NCBI RefSeq assembly: GCF_006345805.1
Contig: NW_021832625.1
Location: 1-29,990 of the forward strand
Source of the DNA: Octopus sinensis
Lineage: Eukaryota
DNA length: 29,990 nt
Direction of reading: 5' to 3'
The notes under the pieces are model-generated. The model did not search any database, had not been told where the DNA came from, and worked only from the letters and a program-made list of their open reading frames with translations. Shown piece by piece: positions 9,969-21,860 of the stretch. Each line of letters opens with the position of its first letter. The stretch's first letter is position 1. The position numbers and the translations under genes were made by a program.

Positions 9969-10281
9969 CCCCGTGATCACCGTGACCGACCAGGCTATCA
10001 GATGTTGCTACACATCGCTGGTCACAATGCACTTCACATTGTTTTAGCCTTCAAATGACGCCATCCCGCTGGCTAAGCGAGCAAGCCAACAGAAGAAAGA
10101 GTGTGAGAGAGAGTTGTGGTGAAAGAGTACAGCAGGGATTGCCACCACCCCCTGCCGGAGCCTCGCGGAGCTTTAGGTGTTTTCGCTCAATAAACACTCA
10201 GAATGCCCGGTCTGGGAATCGAAACAGCGATCCTACAACCACGAGTCCGCTGCCCTAATCACTGGGCCATTGCACCTCCAC
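9969..10281 (-). mobile_element. tRNA-derived SINE (family E) with a 12-bp TSD
   Basis: TSD ACAAAGTCATAT at 9957-9968 and 10282-10293. Head and AGAGTG.GAGA.AGTTGTGG core are shared with 8789-9091; the tail differs. Confidence 0.88.
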
Positions 10282-10653
10282 ACAAAGTCATATATACATA
10301 TATATAACAAGAATAGGGATTCAAGGAATCAAACAGATCTCTCATAAGCAGAGTTGATGTTTTAATCTGCCATGAAATGTTTCAAAGAGTAAGACGTATT
10401 GGTTGAGACTCAGATAAAAACATGCTAGTTATGGCCCTTTGTGACCTGAGTTCAAGATCTGTCGGAGTTGACTTTACCTCTCGTTCTTCCAAGGTCACAA
10501 ACATGAAATACTTGTAAAGTACTGAGGTTTAAAATAATCAACTCTACCCACTCCCCAAATCTATAATCTTGTGTCTATGATCTGTAAATCAATAGCATCA
10601 CCATATATCAACGATAGATTTAAATATCATCAGTTTCAATCAGTATTACAAGT

Positions 10654-10767
10654 GGTTCTCAGAGACCAGCAGCTATCTATCTATCTATCCATCTATCTAT
10701 CTATCTATCTATCTATCTGTCTGTCTATCTATCTATCTATCTATCTATCTGTCTGTCAATCTATCTA

Positions 10768-10799
<32 letters not shown>

Positions 10800-10847
10800 T
10801 CTGTCTGTCTGTCTGTCTATCTATTTATCTATCTATCTATCTATCTA

Positions 10848-10934
<87 letters not shown>

Positions 10935-11075
10935 GCCTGTCTGTCTTCCTGTCTGTCTGTTTATCTATCTGTCTATCAAGCTATCTATCTGTTTATATAT
11001 TTATCTGTCTGTCTGAATGTTTATCTATCCAGCCATCCAAGCATCTCTCTATGTATCATCTGTACCTATCTGTGT
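10654..11075. repeat. Compound (TCTA)n/(TCTG)n tetranucleotide microsatellite
   Basis: Read directly; accounts for ORF 10571-11167. Confidence 0.95.
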
Positions 11076-11829
11076 GTGTGTATGTGCATATATTGTTTCA
11101 AGTGGTGTACAGATTTTATATGTTAAGGAAAAGGAGGTGGTCAGAATTTTGGATAATTCTTTATTAAAGCTTTTGTCTCATTCATTGAAACTCCTTGGAC
11201 ATAAGTTTTACAGAAGCGGATGTGTGTGTGTTCCACCAATCCCCTCCTTTCTGTGCCGGCATCCATTGCTTCTCTCTCCCCCCACTTCTATACACCTCTC
11301 TTATCTGCTGCTACTCATAAATACCCTCACATATCTATCATAACCCCACCCATGGGCCACTCCTCTACCATTCACCATCATCTACCACAGCCACTGCTAT
11401 CCCATCTCTGACCATTCCCTCCTCACATTCTCACCAAATTTTCTCCTTTGTATTACTTCACCTATATTATCACCCCACCCCACTGTACCTTGAGGGTATT
11501 GCCCCATCTGACACATCTACACCATCATCACTTTCTCTTTCTCTCTCTTTCTCTTCCCTTCTCAGTCTCTCCCTCTCTCCCCTCTCCCTTTCTGTATCTC
11601 TCTCTTCCTATCCCTCCCTCTTTCTCTCTCTCCCTCCCTTTTTCTCCCCCTCTCCCCTCTCTCTCCCTCACTTTTTCTCTCCTTTCTTTCCCAACTGGGG
11701 TATCATTGTATCTCTTCTACAGTAAGGCACCTAACTCTACTCCAGTATTCTCCTTCTTAACCTCTTTGTGTCAACTGGCACAAAGCCACCTTCCTCAATG
11801 GTACTCTCCCCCACCCACCGCCCAGTTGA

Positions 11830-12048
11830 GAGATCTTTGTTTTGCAAGTTACTTGGTGACCTCACTGATGCTGGTGCCACACAAAAACCACCTAGTATTC
11901 TGTAGTAGCACAAAGGGCATCCATTTGTAGAACCCATGCCAAAACCAGCAATGGAGCTTGGTACAGTCCTCTGGCTTCACAGCTCTTGTCCAACCATCCA
12001 AACCATCCCAGCAAGGAAAACAGATGTTAAACGATGATGATGATGATA
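11830..12048 (+). mobile_element. Family C repeat (RTE-like tail), diverged
   Basis: GGGCATCCA.TTGTAGAA motif and GTTAAACGATGATGATG tail. Confidence 0.75.
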
Positions 12049-12173
12049 TATATATATTGCTGATGTTGACAGTGTTATTGTGTGCTCTGCTTGATGTGCT
12101 CTCTTTCTCTCTGTCTCTGTCTGTCTGTCTCTCTCTCTCTCTCCATCTGTCTGTTTGTCTCTGGCTGTGTAGA

Positions 12174-12800
12174 GGTGCAGGCATGGTTGTGTGGTAAGAA
12201 GCTTGCTTCCCCAAAATATGGTTCCGAGTTCTGTCCCACTGCGTGGCGCCTTGAGGAAGTGTCCTCTACTATAGCTGCAATCCAACCAAAGCCTTGTGAG
12301 TATATTTGGTAAATAGAGACCGAAAGAAGCTGAAAGAAATAGAAACAAGGCGGCAGAAATGTTAGAACACCGGGCGAAAGGCTTGGCAGTATTTTGTCTG
12401 CTGTTACGTTCTGAGTTCAAATTCCACCAAGGTTGACTTTGCCGTTCATCCATTTGGGGTCGATAAATTAAGTACCAGTTATGCACTGGGGTCGATGTAA
12501 CTGACTTAATCCCATTGTCTGTCTTTGTTTGTCCCCTCTGTATTTAGCCCCTTGTGGACAATAAAGAAATAAGAAACTGAAAGAAGCTCATTGTGAGTGT
12601 GTGTGTGTGTTTGTGTCTGTGTTTGTTCCCTGCCATCACTTGACAATCAAGTCCCTGTAACTTAGTGGTTCAGCAAAAGAGGCTGACTGAATAAGTACTA
12701 GGCTTTAAAAAAGAAGTCCTGGGGGGGTCAATTTGTTCACCTAAAACCCTTCAAGGCAGTGCCCCAGCATGGCCGCAGTCTAATGACTGAAACAAGTAAA
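12174..12800 (+). mobile_element. SINE family A with nested SINE family B (about 12349-12572)
   Basis: The A head starts at 12174 and the A tail ends GACTGAAACAAGTAAAA. The B copy interrupts A at the GAAAGAAGC motif, which appears on both sides of it. Confidence 0.85.
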
Positions 12801-13109
12801 AAAAAAAAAGATATATAAATGTATAGTTGCTAGTATATACATGGTGTGAGAGATTGAGAGATAGCACACACACACACATACACACACATACACACATATA
12901 TATGTACTGTAGTGACGTGTGTGTGTGTGTGTGTGTGTGTATTATATATATATATATATATTTAGAGAGAGAGAGAGAGATAGAAACACAGTGATCCACA
13001 CATACACACACATACACACAAAATGAAGAATGTGACTCATTAAATAATTTTGATTAAACTGAATCCCAAGATCATAAAATGAAATAATTCTAGAATAATT
13101 AATAATCAA

Positions 13110-13460
13110 GATGGCCATGTGGTGCATGAGTTTGAGTGTCTTGGATGTCTCGTTACTAATTAACAACAGCCCAGAGATGAAAAGAGGAGTGGCAAATGAC
13201 ACTTGGAGAAATCAATCAATATGTAAGAAAATTGGTAGATACTTTGATCTGTGGAATAACAGGATATGATGGATCGACATGGTGGACTCTTAAAAAGCTG
13301 ATCAAAATAGAGTTTTTCCAAGTTTTGGTGCTAGAAAAGAAAGCTAAAAGTTTTCTGGATTAAAACAAAATGTTGGTCTAATCAATATTTATTGAACTAA
13401 ATTGGAAATTAAATGATTGTGATAAGAAGATGATCTTTGGAAATTATGGGGTTGTTGTTC
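13110..13460 (+). pseudogene. Highly decayed RTE LINE C-terminal fragment
   Basis: VVHEFECLGCLVT / NNSPEMKRGVA / WTLKK fragments resemble the RTE region that follows the RT domain. Confidence 0.45.
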
Positions 13461-13664
13461 ATCATATTCTCATCTTTATCCTCTCTTTTGTATTGGTGTC
13501 ACAATAAAATGCACCCTTAAGTGTCAGGGATCAACGAGGCCCTGTAATCTTGTGAACTTCCCTCGTGTGTGTCCTATGGAAGGAATGCGCCTAGTTCACT
13601 CTGTAAAGTGATTGGTGTTAGCCAGGACATCATGTTGTGGAAGCCAAACCAAAGATGAAATTAA

Positions 13665-13885
13665 CCCTTTCATTACTGTATTTATTTTGAGATGTTCTGT
13701 GTTTCTTTTTATTATTTTAGATATAACAAAGAATTTTATAAAATAACTTAGTTATCATTAAGTTAGTGTTAGGAACAGTGTTTGTGACTAAGGTTTGGTG
13801 GAAGATTTTAATTCAAAACTTATGAAAACAAGACATTTCTATTACAGAGCCAGAGCCGGTTTCAGTCGGGTTGGTAATGAAAGGG
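13665..13885. mobile_element. 221-bp piggyBac-type MITE
   Basis: TTAA on both sides (13661-13664, 13886-13889) and a perfect 12-bp TIR CCCTTTCATTAC. Homologous to 24491-24711. Confidence 0.9.
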
Positions 13886-14229
13886 TTAAGCAAGATGTGT
13901 TCCTCCTTCTTGTTGAAGAGAGCAAAGATCAGAAAGAAATAAAGTACGTTCAGCTGGGTGTATACTGTCAATGCCCTTGAATAATAGAGTACAAATGCAT
14001 TGGGAGAAAAACTGGGTGTAAGAGGAATCAGAGGCATCCCAAATATTTTAGCAAGTTTACAGTGATTTCTTTTGTGCTGTAAACCATCTACCATTTCTGT
14101 GGTGCCCCCTCCTTCCCTTGATGCCCTAAGCCTGTGCTTATTTTGCTTAATGATTAATCAGAGTGCAAGAGAGAAGACTAAGCTGGTATGGGTGTGTAGC
14201 ATTTACAGAAGATAACAGCTAATATAAAG

Positions 14230-14430
14230 ATGTGTCGTGTACTCAGAATGAATGAAACGTGTAAAAATGGGAGATTGAGGAACTCATGGAATAAAATGGT
14301 GAAGACTGATCTAAACATGCTGCACCACATGGTGATAGCAAAAGACTGTGTTGACTGGGAACTCGAAGTGGTAAAGAATATCCATTTATTCCCATTGAAG
14401 TATGGTGAGATAAATGCTAAAACTGGTGGT
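14230..14430 (+). pseudogene. Decayed RTE LINE ORF 3' end
   Basis: CRVLRMNETCKNGRLRNSWNKMVKTDL parallels the motif at 9120-9220. Confidence 0.45.
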
Positions 14431-14830
14431 AGAGATAGAGGCTGCAAAATACACTATATATATATATATATATATATATCATCGTCATCATCATCGTTTA
14501 ATGACCGCCTTCTATACTCTCTTTACTTGTTTCAGTCATTTGACTGCGGCCATGCTAGAGCACCACCTTTAGTCGAGCAAATTGACCCCAGGACTTATTC
14601 TTTGGAAGCCTAGTACTTATTCTATCAGTCTCTTTTGCCGAACTGCTAATCAAGACAGACTGAACAGTTTGCTGTTTGATCTTATCTGGAAGTAAACATG
14701 ATCTGTTGATGATCCAAAGGCATGCTTCATCCTGACGGCAAGGAGGCTGGGGGCAAGGTCATAGCCCTGACATGGACAATGCTGAAAGATCCGAGGAAAA
14801 GACATCAAACTGAATGATACATTCCATGTC

Positions 14831-15238
14831 TTTTTTATACTTGTTTCAGTCATTTGACTGTGGCCATGCTGGAGCACCGCCTTTAGTCGATCAAATCGAC
14901 CCCAGGACTTATTCTTTGTAAGCCTAGTACTTATTCTATCAGTCTCCTTTGCCGAACCGCTACGTGACGGGGACGTATACACACCAGCATCGGTTGTCAA
15001 GCGATGTTGGAGGTACAAACACAGACACACAAACACAGACACACAAACACGCACTTACACATATATGTATATATATATATATATGACGGGCTTCTTTCAG
15101 ATTCCGTCTACCAAATCCACTCACAAGGCATTGGTCGGCCCAGGGCTATAGCAGAAGACACTTGCCCAAGATGCCACGCAGTGGGACTGAACCCGGAACC
15201 ATGTGGTTGGTTAGCAAGCTACTTACCACACAGCCACA
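14831..15238 (-). mobile_element. SINE family A
   Basis: Near full-length match to the other family A copies. Confidence 0.9.
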
Positions 15239-15799
15239 TCCCCCAAAAATCTTGAAGTAACCTTGTGGAGGGCTTTGAACCATGGCAAGGATTTCAAACA
15301 CTCCATCTCTCTTCAATACTGGAAGTCTTTGCAGTGCCATTGAAGGGGATGGAAAGTGGTTGCCTTTGCTTTCTACATTGTTCTTGTTGTTGAAGGGAGA
15401 AGATTTTGTGGAGCACACTTTAGCCTCACTGAAATTTGGTACAGACCATTTCAGCAATTTCTGATGCTTGTTTAGGACCGCATTTGTGAAAAACTTTCCA
15501 ACAGTGGTCTGCAAGGAGATTCTTCTATAGTTTTAAACACTTCTGTAACCTTTGTTCTTGTCCAGGGCAATGATATCGCAATCTCTCATCTGCTATGACA
15601 GTTCTCTTTCTTTCCAGCTTCTTCTCACACTACAGTTTGTATAAGTGACATAAGATGCTCTTTGCACACTTGGTGCCTTCTGATGGAATGCCATCCAATC
15701 CTGGTACTTTGCCAGTGGGAAGACAATCAATGGCTTTACTCAGTTCTTCAACAGGTGGCAATATGTCTAGTTCCTCCATTACTAACAGACATTGTAGAA

Positions 15800-16292
15800 A
15801 TCAAAATCAAAATCAAATCAAAATCAATTCGATGACTGGCATCTGTGCTACCGGGGTGCAAAGAGCACCATACGAGTGTGATCGTTGACAGAGCGGCTAT
15901 TCGAGTATGATCGTTACCAGCGTCACCTTACTGGCACTTATGCCCATGCTAGTAGGGTGCCAAGAGCAGCATCCAAGCGTGATCGTTGCCAGAGCAGCCA
16001 ACTGGCTTTCATACCCGTGGCATGTACAAGGGCACCATTCGAGCGTGATCGTTACCGACGTCACTTCACTGGCACATGTAAAAAGATTCGAGTGAGGTCA
16101 TTGCCAGTACCGCCTGACTGGCCCCCATGCCAGTGGCACATAAAAAGCACCCACTACACTCTTGGAGTGGTTGACGTTAGGAAGGGCATCCAGCTGTAGA
16201 AACTCTGCCAGATCAAGATTGGAGCCTGGTGCAGCCAAAATCGTCCAACCCATGCTAGCATGGAAAGCGGACGTTAAATGATGATAATGATT
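15800..16292 (+). mobile_element. Family C repeat with internal imperfect tandem repeats and RTE-like tail
   Basis: About five CGAG.GTGATCGTT.CCAG-like units followed by the family C tail ending (ATG)n. Confidence 0.8.
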
Positions 16293-17318
16293 CCTCAATG
16301 TCTAGCACAGTGTCTGAAGTGATGTTTTCTGTGGAGTAGATTTCAAAATAATTCTCCATCCATCTTTCTATTTGCTTTCCTTTTGTCTTTGGTGATCTCA
16401 CATGTTACAGTTTTCAGTGTTGTTCTTGCTCATGATTGAGCCAATGACCTTTATCTCTTTGTACACTCCATGGATGACACCTGTGTCAGACGATGATTGA
16501 ATATCTTTGCAAAGCCGTAGCCAATTTTTATTTGCATAATATCTAACTGTTTTCTAGGTCTTGCATATTGCTGTTCTTAATGCTTGCAAGGTTCCCTGGG
16601 GGGTGGGGTAGTGTTCATGTTGGAGTAGTGCCGCACACTTTGCCTCTGTAACAGTAGGGAGCCTGTTTGAATTTGCTTTAAACCCTTTCTGTGTTTTACT
16701 CCATTTCTTACCAAAAACCTGTGCCCCTGCAGCTAATGGGTCCACAAAGAACACATCCTCCAATAACCCAAAGAACTCTACCACTTTATCTGGTGTTGTG
16801 TCAAAATGACATCAGTATACTGCAGGTTGGTAGGTTTCGTATTGTACATATTCATCGGCTGGTGTCAGTCTTATGAATGTCAGGTCCAGCATTGGTACCG
16901 GTGTTTGGAGTTGGAATGTCTTCAAGACACTTTGTGTGGACTTTATCTCGGAGGCAAGTGTTTGGGGCGTACAGTCCATGGAGTATGTAGTACTCAAGCA
17001 ATTGTTGTCCATTGTCATTTGTGCTGCCAGTTCCAAGCCACCCCAGAAAGTTTGGTCAAGAGTCAATCTTGGTACCTATACATGTGTGTCTGTTTATATA
17101 TATATATATATAACTAATGTAGGATAAAATTTTTTTCGGGAAAAAATTTTTTATCAATGGCCAGCATATCAAAGAATACCTTTAAATTTATAAATAATTT
17201 ACAAAATTAGGGCGAAAGAAAAATTCTAATGCCAAATATGCCGAAAAAAAGACAAAAATTGTCAATAACCATTATTATTTACGTTATAAATTATATAAAT
17301 TATAATGGTTATTGACAA

Positions 17319-17355
<37 letters not shown>

Positions 17356-17524
17356 CATTTTTAGACACATGTATACATACACATATATACATATACTTGT
17401 ATACACACATATATGCATATGCTTATACATATACATATGTGTATATGCATCAAACAAATGCACCTGCTTGTTGTTCATACACCTGTCTTTGTCTTTTGCT
17501 TTTCTGTAAATTTCAACTTCATGT

Positions 17525-17605
<81 letters not shown>

Positions 17606-17740
17606 CAGATAAAAGGTGAAATATAATTAATCTAATAAAATCAACAAATTTCACCAAGTAGTATTTCGGTATGGAAAAGGACCATATTCGGTAAAATATA
17701 TACATACATACATACACACACATGCATGTATATATATATA

Positions 17741-18016
17741 ATTGCCTTCGCATAAACCACTGTAATTTTTCTATGCAGTTATGTTATCTTGAAGCTTTGC
17801 TGTGACCTCTGCCTCATAGACAACAGGGTTTATCATACACATCTGGTCAACTGGGCAAGATTCAGGGTCTCAACATTTACAACTGGGAGTGGGCTCTTGG
17901 TGAGGCTTACAAGGGATAATGTTCTTCATGCTGGAGTAATAGGTGTATATTTATATTGAGTGTTTATTAAAAATCTTTCTGTTGTTATGGTTTAGTGGAA
18001 AATGCTTATCCAAAAG
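17741..18016 (-). pseudogene. Penelope-like element ORF fragment (linker plus GIY-YIG endonuclease)
   Basis: One frame of 92 codons with 3 stops: LLDKHFPLNHNNRKIFNKHSI*IYTYYSSMKNII..SCKC*DPESCPVDQMCMINPVVYEAEV..*KNYSGLCEGN. Confidence 0.8.
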
Positions 18017-18172
18017 AGAAGTATTTCATGCCTAACCAAGTGTCTTAATGGCAAGAAACTATTAATCACTCTTATTTTAATACAGTTTATATTAAACGAT
18101 ATTTAACCCTTACTGGATGGAGTACCTTTTTGTTGATTTTACCTTAATGGAACAAAAAACTATACACGTATA

Positions 18173-18577
18173 GGCGCAGGAGTGGCTGTGTGGTAAGTAG
18201 CTTGCTAACCAACCACATGGTTCTGGGTTCAGTCCCATTGCATGGCATCTTGGGCATGTGTCTTCTGCTATAGCCCCGGGCCGACCAATGCCTTGTGAGT
18301 GGATTTGGTAGACGGAAACTGAAAGAAGCCTGTCGTATATATGTATATATATATATGTATGTGTGTGTATGTGTTTGTGTGTCTGTGTTTGTCTCCCTAG
18401 CATTGCTTGACAACCGATGTTGGTGTGTTTACGTCCCCGTCACTTAGCGGTTTGGCAAAAGAGACCGATAGAATAAGTATTGGGCTTACAAAGAATAAGT
18501 CCCGGGGTCGATTTGCTCGACTAAAGGCGGTGCTCCAGCATGGCCGCAGTCAAATGACTGAAACAAGTAAAAGAGTA
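18173..18577 (+). mobile_element. SINE family A, full length
   Basis: GGCGCAGGAGTGGCTGTGTGG head through GACTGAAACAAGTAAAAGAGTA tail. Confidence 0.92.
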
Positions 18578-18970
18578 TCTATATACTTACACACATAGGA
18601 GACCCACTCTGGTCATAAATGACCATGGGATTGCATCTACAAAGTTACCCTCTGTTATACACATATATATATACTGTATTTTAACTTGTATAAGGAACCC
18701 TTTTTTGTCAAAATTCAATGCATATATATATCGCCGGTGGGTGAATTGGCTGCTATGTCTAGTTGTGGATGTCTGTCATTGATAAGGCCAATGAAGACTG
18801 AAATCAGGTGCTTTGGCAGTTCCAGCAGCTGTAGCAGATGGTTATCACCCACCAGTGATGTTAACATGAGTGCTTATATGCTCCACAAAGCCATACGAGA
18901 GGTTCTCTCATGCTAAATAACACAGTATTCAGTGTTGTAACACAACATCCACTTTAGGTGGAGACAAATA

Positions 18971-19178
18971 TTGATTTCAAATTTTGGCACAAGGCCAGCA
19001 ATTCCGGGAGAGGGGCAAGTTAATTGCATCGATCCTGATGTAATTCAACTTGTACATCAACCCTGAAAAGATGAAAGACGAAGTTGACCTTGGCAAAATT
19101 TGAACTCAGAACATGAAGACAGATGGAATGTTGCTAAGCATTTTACCTGGCATGCTAACAATTCTGCCAGCTTGCCGC
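18971..19178 (-). mobile_element. SINE family B (diverged)
   Basis: TTTGAACTCAGAAC (reverse complement of the B-box region) and GCCAGCTTGCCGC head. Confidence 0.8.
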
Positions 19179-19560
19179 TTTAAGTGGAGATAAACATTAC
19201 CGCTTGATATCAATACTGTTTCTATCACTATTAATTATATCTGTATATACATATATGTATGTACGTGATGGTTAGGGATTATTTAGAATGTTTTATGTTG
19301 TAGGTGTGTCATGTCATGTTGATTTCCTTGTTTAGCTTTGTTTTTAAATGCTGCTACTGCTGCTACAGATGTTGGTGTGCTTTCCGTACGATCCGACTCA
19401 GAAACAGGGCCAACAGCTAAAATAAAACTTTTGATTGGCAATTTTTAACATTTGAAAAAAACAATCTAAAGTTAATTAAGAAATATGAAAGTTATCTTAG
19501 TTTTTCTTATTTCTTGTTTTAAACACAGAAATATGTTTTATGCATATTTTCACATATCAG

Positions 19561-19925
19561 ATCATCATCATCATCATCGTTTAGCGTCCGCTTTCCATGC
19601 TAGCATGGGTTGGACGGTTCAACTGGGGCCTGGGAAGCCAGAAGGCTGCACCAGGCCCAGTCTGATCTGGCAGTGTTTCTATGGCTGGATGCTCTTCCTA
19701 ACGCCAAACACTTCGTGAGTGTAGTGGGTGCTTTTTATGTGCCACCTGCACAGGTGCCAGGCGAGGCTGGCAAACGGCCATGATCGGATGGTGCTTTTTA
19801 CATGCCACCGGCACGGGGGCCAGTCAGGGCGGTGCTGGCAACGGCCACGTTCAGATGGTCCTCTTACGTGCCACCGGCACTGGTATCTCAGCTACAATTT
19901 CCATTGATGTTGAAAGATTTCGATT
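19561..19925 (-). mobile_element. Family C repeat
   Basis: (CAT)n then CGTTTAGCGTCCGCTTTCCATGCTAGCATGGG, the reverse complement of the family C tail. Confidence 0.85.
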
Positions 19926-19929
19926 CTGA

Positions 19930-20290
19930 TACGAGCAAAATGCTCACCCGTTCAATGAACAGTGCCGAATTGTCAAACATTTAAACCAAATTTTCTCGAA
20001 ACAACTTGTCCAACTGTCTCATAGGCCTCCCCTTTGAGAAACACTGATTTAACCTAAATTTGAGACACCAGCAAAACACAGATTTCGACTGATGTACTTG
20101 TGCGTACAAAGGCTTTATCAATCGCATTCTGACCTGGAATTGATTTTTGTAATTTTTTCAAGACTTTTATACATGCCCTGATACCGTTGGTATCTTCATA
20201 TCAAATTTGAGCGCAATTGGATGGAGGATGCCCGAGATCCTAGAAGACACAGACACACAGACAGACAGAACGGATTTTATATAATATATA
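19930..20290 (+). mobile_element. Possible Helentron/DINE-1-like (HINE) non-autonomous element, 3' part
   Basis: CAAATTTGAGCGCAATTGG motif, (CAGA/CACA)n microsatellite then TTTTATATA end, and a short palindrome GATACC-GTT-GGTATC at 20180-20194. Confidence 0.45.
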
Positions 20291-20417
20291 TGTGTGTGTG
20301 TGTGTGTGCGCATGTGTGTGTCTGAGTGTGTAGACAGATATGCATATATACATATGCTAATTTACAAATATACATATAATGACACACATACACACACATA
20401 TATATTCTTTTATATTA

Positions 20418-20816
20418 TTCTTTTACTTGTTGCAGTCATTTGACTGTAGCCATGCTGGAGCACCACCTTGAAGGGTTTAGTCAAACAAATCAACCTCAGG
20501 CTTATTTCTTAAGCCTAGTACTTAATTCTCTTGACCTATTTTGCTGAACCGCTAAGACACAGGGATGTAAACACACCAACACCAGTTGTCAAGCAGTGAC
20601 GGTGGGGAGCAAACACACACACATAGATATATACGTATATATGTTTGTATATATAACGGGCTTCTTTCAGTTTCCATCTACCAAATCCACTCACAAGGCT
20701 TTGATCGGCCTGAGGCTGTAGTAGAAGACACTTGCCCAAGATGCCATGCAGTGGGACTGAACCTAGACCGGTGTGGTTGGGAAGCAAGCTTCTTACCACA
20801 CAGCCATGCCTGCACC
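20418..20816 (-). mobile_element. SINE family A
   Basis: Matches the other family A copies from tail to head. Confidence 0.88.
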
Positions 20817-21441
20817 CATATAAACAGTCTCTGCTACTACTGCTTTTATGACCAACAGTCACTTTCACGATTACAGCCAATGGCCACAGTCAACTGACTG
20901 AAACAAGTAAAAGAGTAAAAAGAGAGTATCATCATTATTTAACATCCGCTTTTCATGGTGACCTCAGTTGGTGAGTTTGACATTGGGCTGTCCAGACTCC
21001 ACCTGTCTGCTGTGGTGTGGTTTCTATGGGTGGATGCCCTTCCTAACACCAATCACTTAACATAGTTGCTTGGTGCATTTTACGTGCCACTGGCACATGT
21101 GCATTTATGCAGCACCGGTACAGGTGTTTTCCATGTGACCCTCACACCTGAAACGAGAAGCTTGAATGTGTGCCAGACAATTATTTTACTTTATGTATAT
21201 TCTTTTAATTGTTTCAGTCATTTGACCGTGGCCATGCTGGAGCACCGCCTTTAGTTAAACAAATCAACCCCAAGACTCATTCTTTGTAAGCCTAGTACTT
21301 ATTCTATTGGTTCTTTTGCCGAACCACTAAGTTACAGGAACATAAATATACCAACATCGGTTGTCAAGCAACAGTGGAAGGACAAACATAGACACACACA
21401 TATACATATATATATATATATATATAATATATATATATATA

Positions 21442-21860
21442 TAAGTAGGTGAATGAATTATCCTATGTTTATCGTCAGCATGGATAATTTGTTTAACCGA
21501 TACCTGGGTAGCAAATTCACGTCAGAAAACACGGTTGAAGCGCCCTGTCAAGGGTAGAAACTCCAGTTTCTTGTGCAGAAATTTGTGTGTTGTATATGAA
21601 TAAATGAAAGAATGGAGTCGAATGAAGATGTTAACAAAATTCCTTTACTCTCAACATATGTTTCGAAGACAACATGGTTTCATTCCAAAGGAATAAAGGG
21701 TGCATTATGCAATCTTCTCATTGGGAAAGATAAGGAGCCTCTCTCAACCACAAGACGAACTAAAATTTCGATGATTGCCTACATGGTGATCACACCGATA
21801 ATGAGTCAAGAGTAAAGGAATTTTGTTAACATCTTCGTTCGACTCCATTCTTTCAGTCAT
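21442..21860 (-). mobile_element. Penelope-like repeat family P1, second copy, with decayed hammerhead (21648-21729)
   Basis: Homologous to 3728-4170. Inverted arms at about 21603-21650 and 21810-21857. Core CCAATGA, stem II GAAGAT/GTCTTC, GAAACATATGTT. Confidence 0.7.

Larger units (their letters stand above)
14650..17080 (-). mobile_element. Decayed RTE-type LINE (endonuclease plus RT) interrupted by SINE A (14831-15238) and a family C repeat (15800-16292)
   Basis: Minus-strand fragments: GSTNDNGQQLLEY..HGLYAPNT and VS*RH..KH..LDL (APE domain); ELDILPPVEELSKAIDCLPTGKVPGLDGIP, NYRRISL..VGK, QQQEQCRKQRQPL and QGYDLAPSL..HAFGS (RT domain). Confidence 0.85.

Noticed and set aside
10571-11167. 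198-aa ORF, the longest in the window
   Set aside because: LSIY/LSVC repeats arise from the (TCTA)/(TCTG) microsatellite.
15868-16135. Repeat-spacer-like pattern (CGAG.GTGATCGTT.CCAG) suggestive of CRISPR
   Set aside because: The repeats are degenerate and irregularly spaced, lie inside a family C retro-repeat in eukaryotic DNA, and there are no cas genes.
17256-17320. ~16-18-bp inverted repeat TGTCAATAACCATTAT / ATAATGGTTATTGACA
   Set aside because: It may be another fold-back PLE remnant, but there is no ribozyme core or other diagnostic feature to support a call.
17607-17700. Minus-strand CCGAATA..GAAATACTA, hammerhead-like
   Set aside because: Two core mismatches, non-palindromic stem III and no adjacent stem I; too weak.
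21455-21490. CTGACGA inside a hairpin on the minus strand
   Set aside because: Followed by TAAAC rather than stem II plus GAAA.
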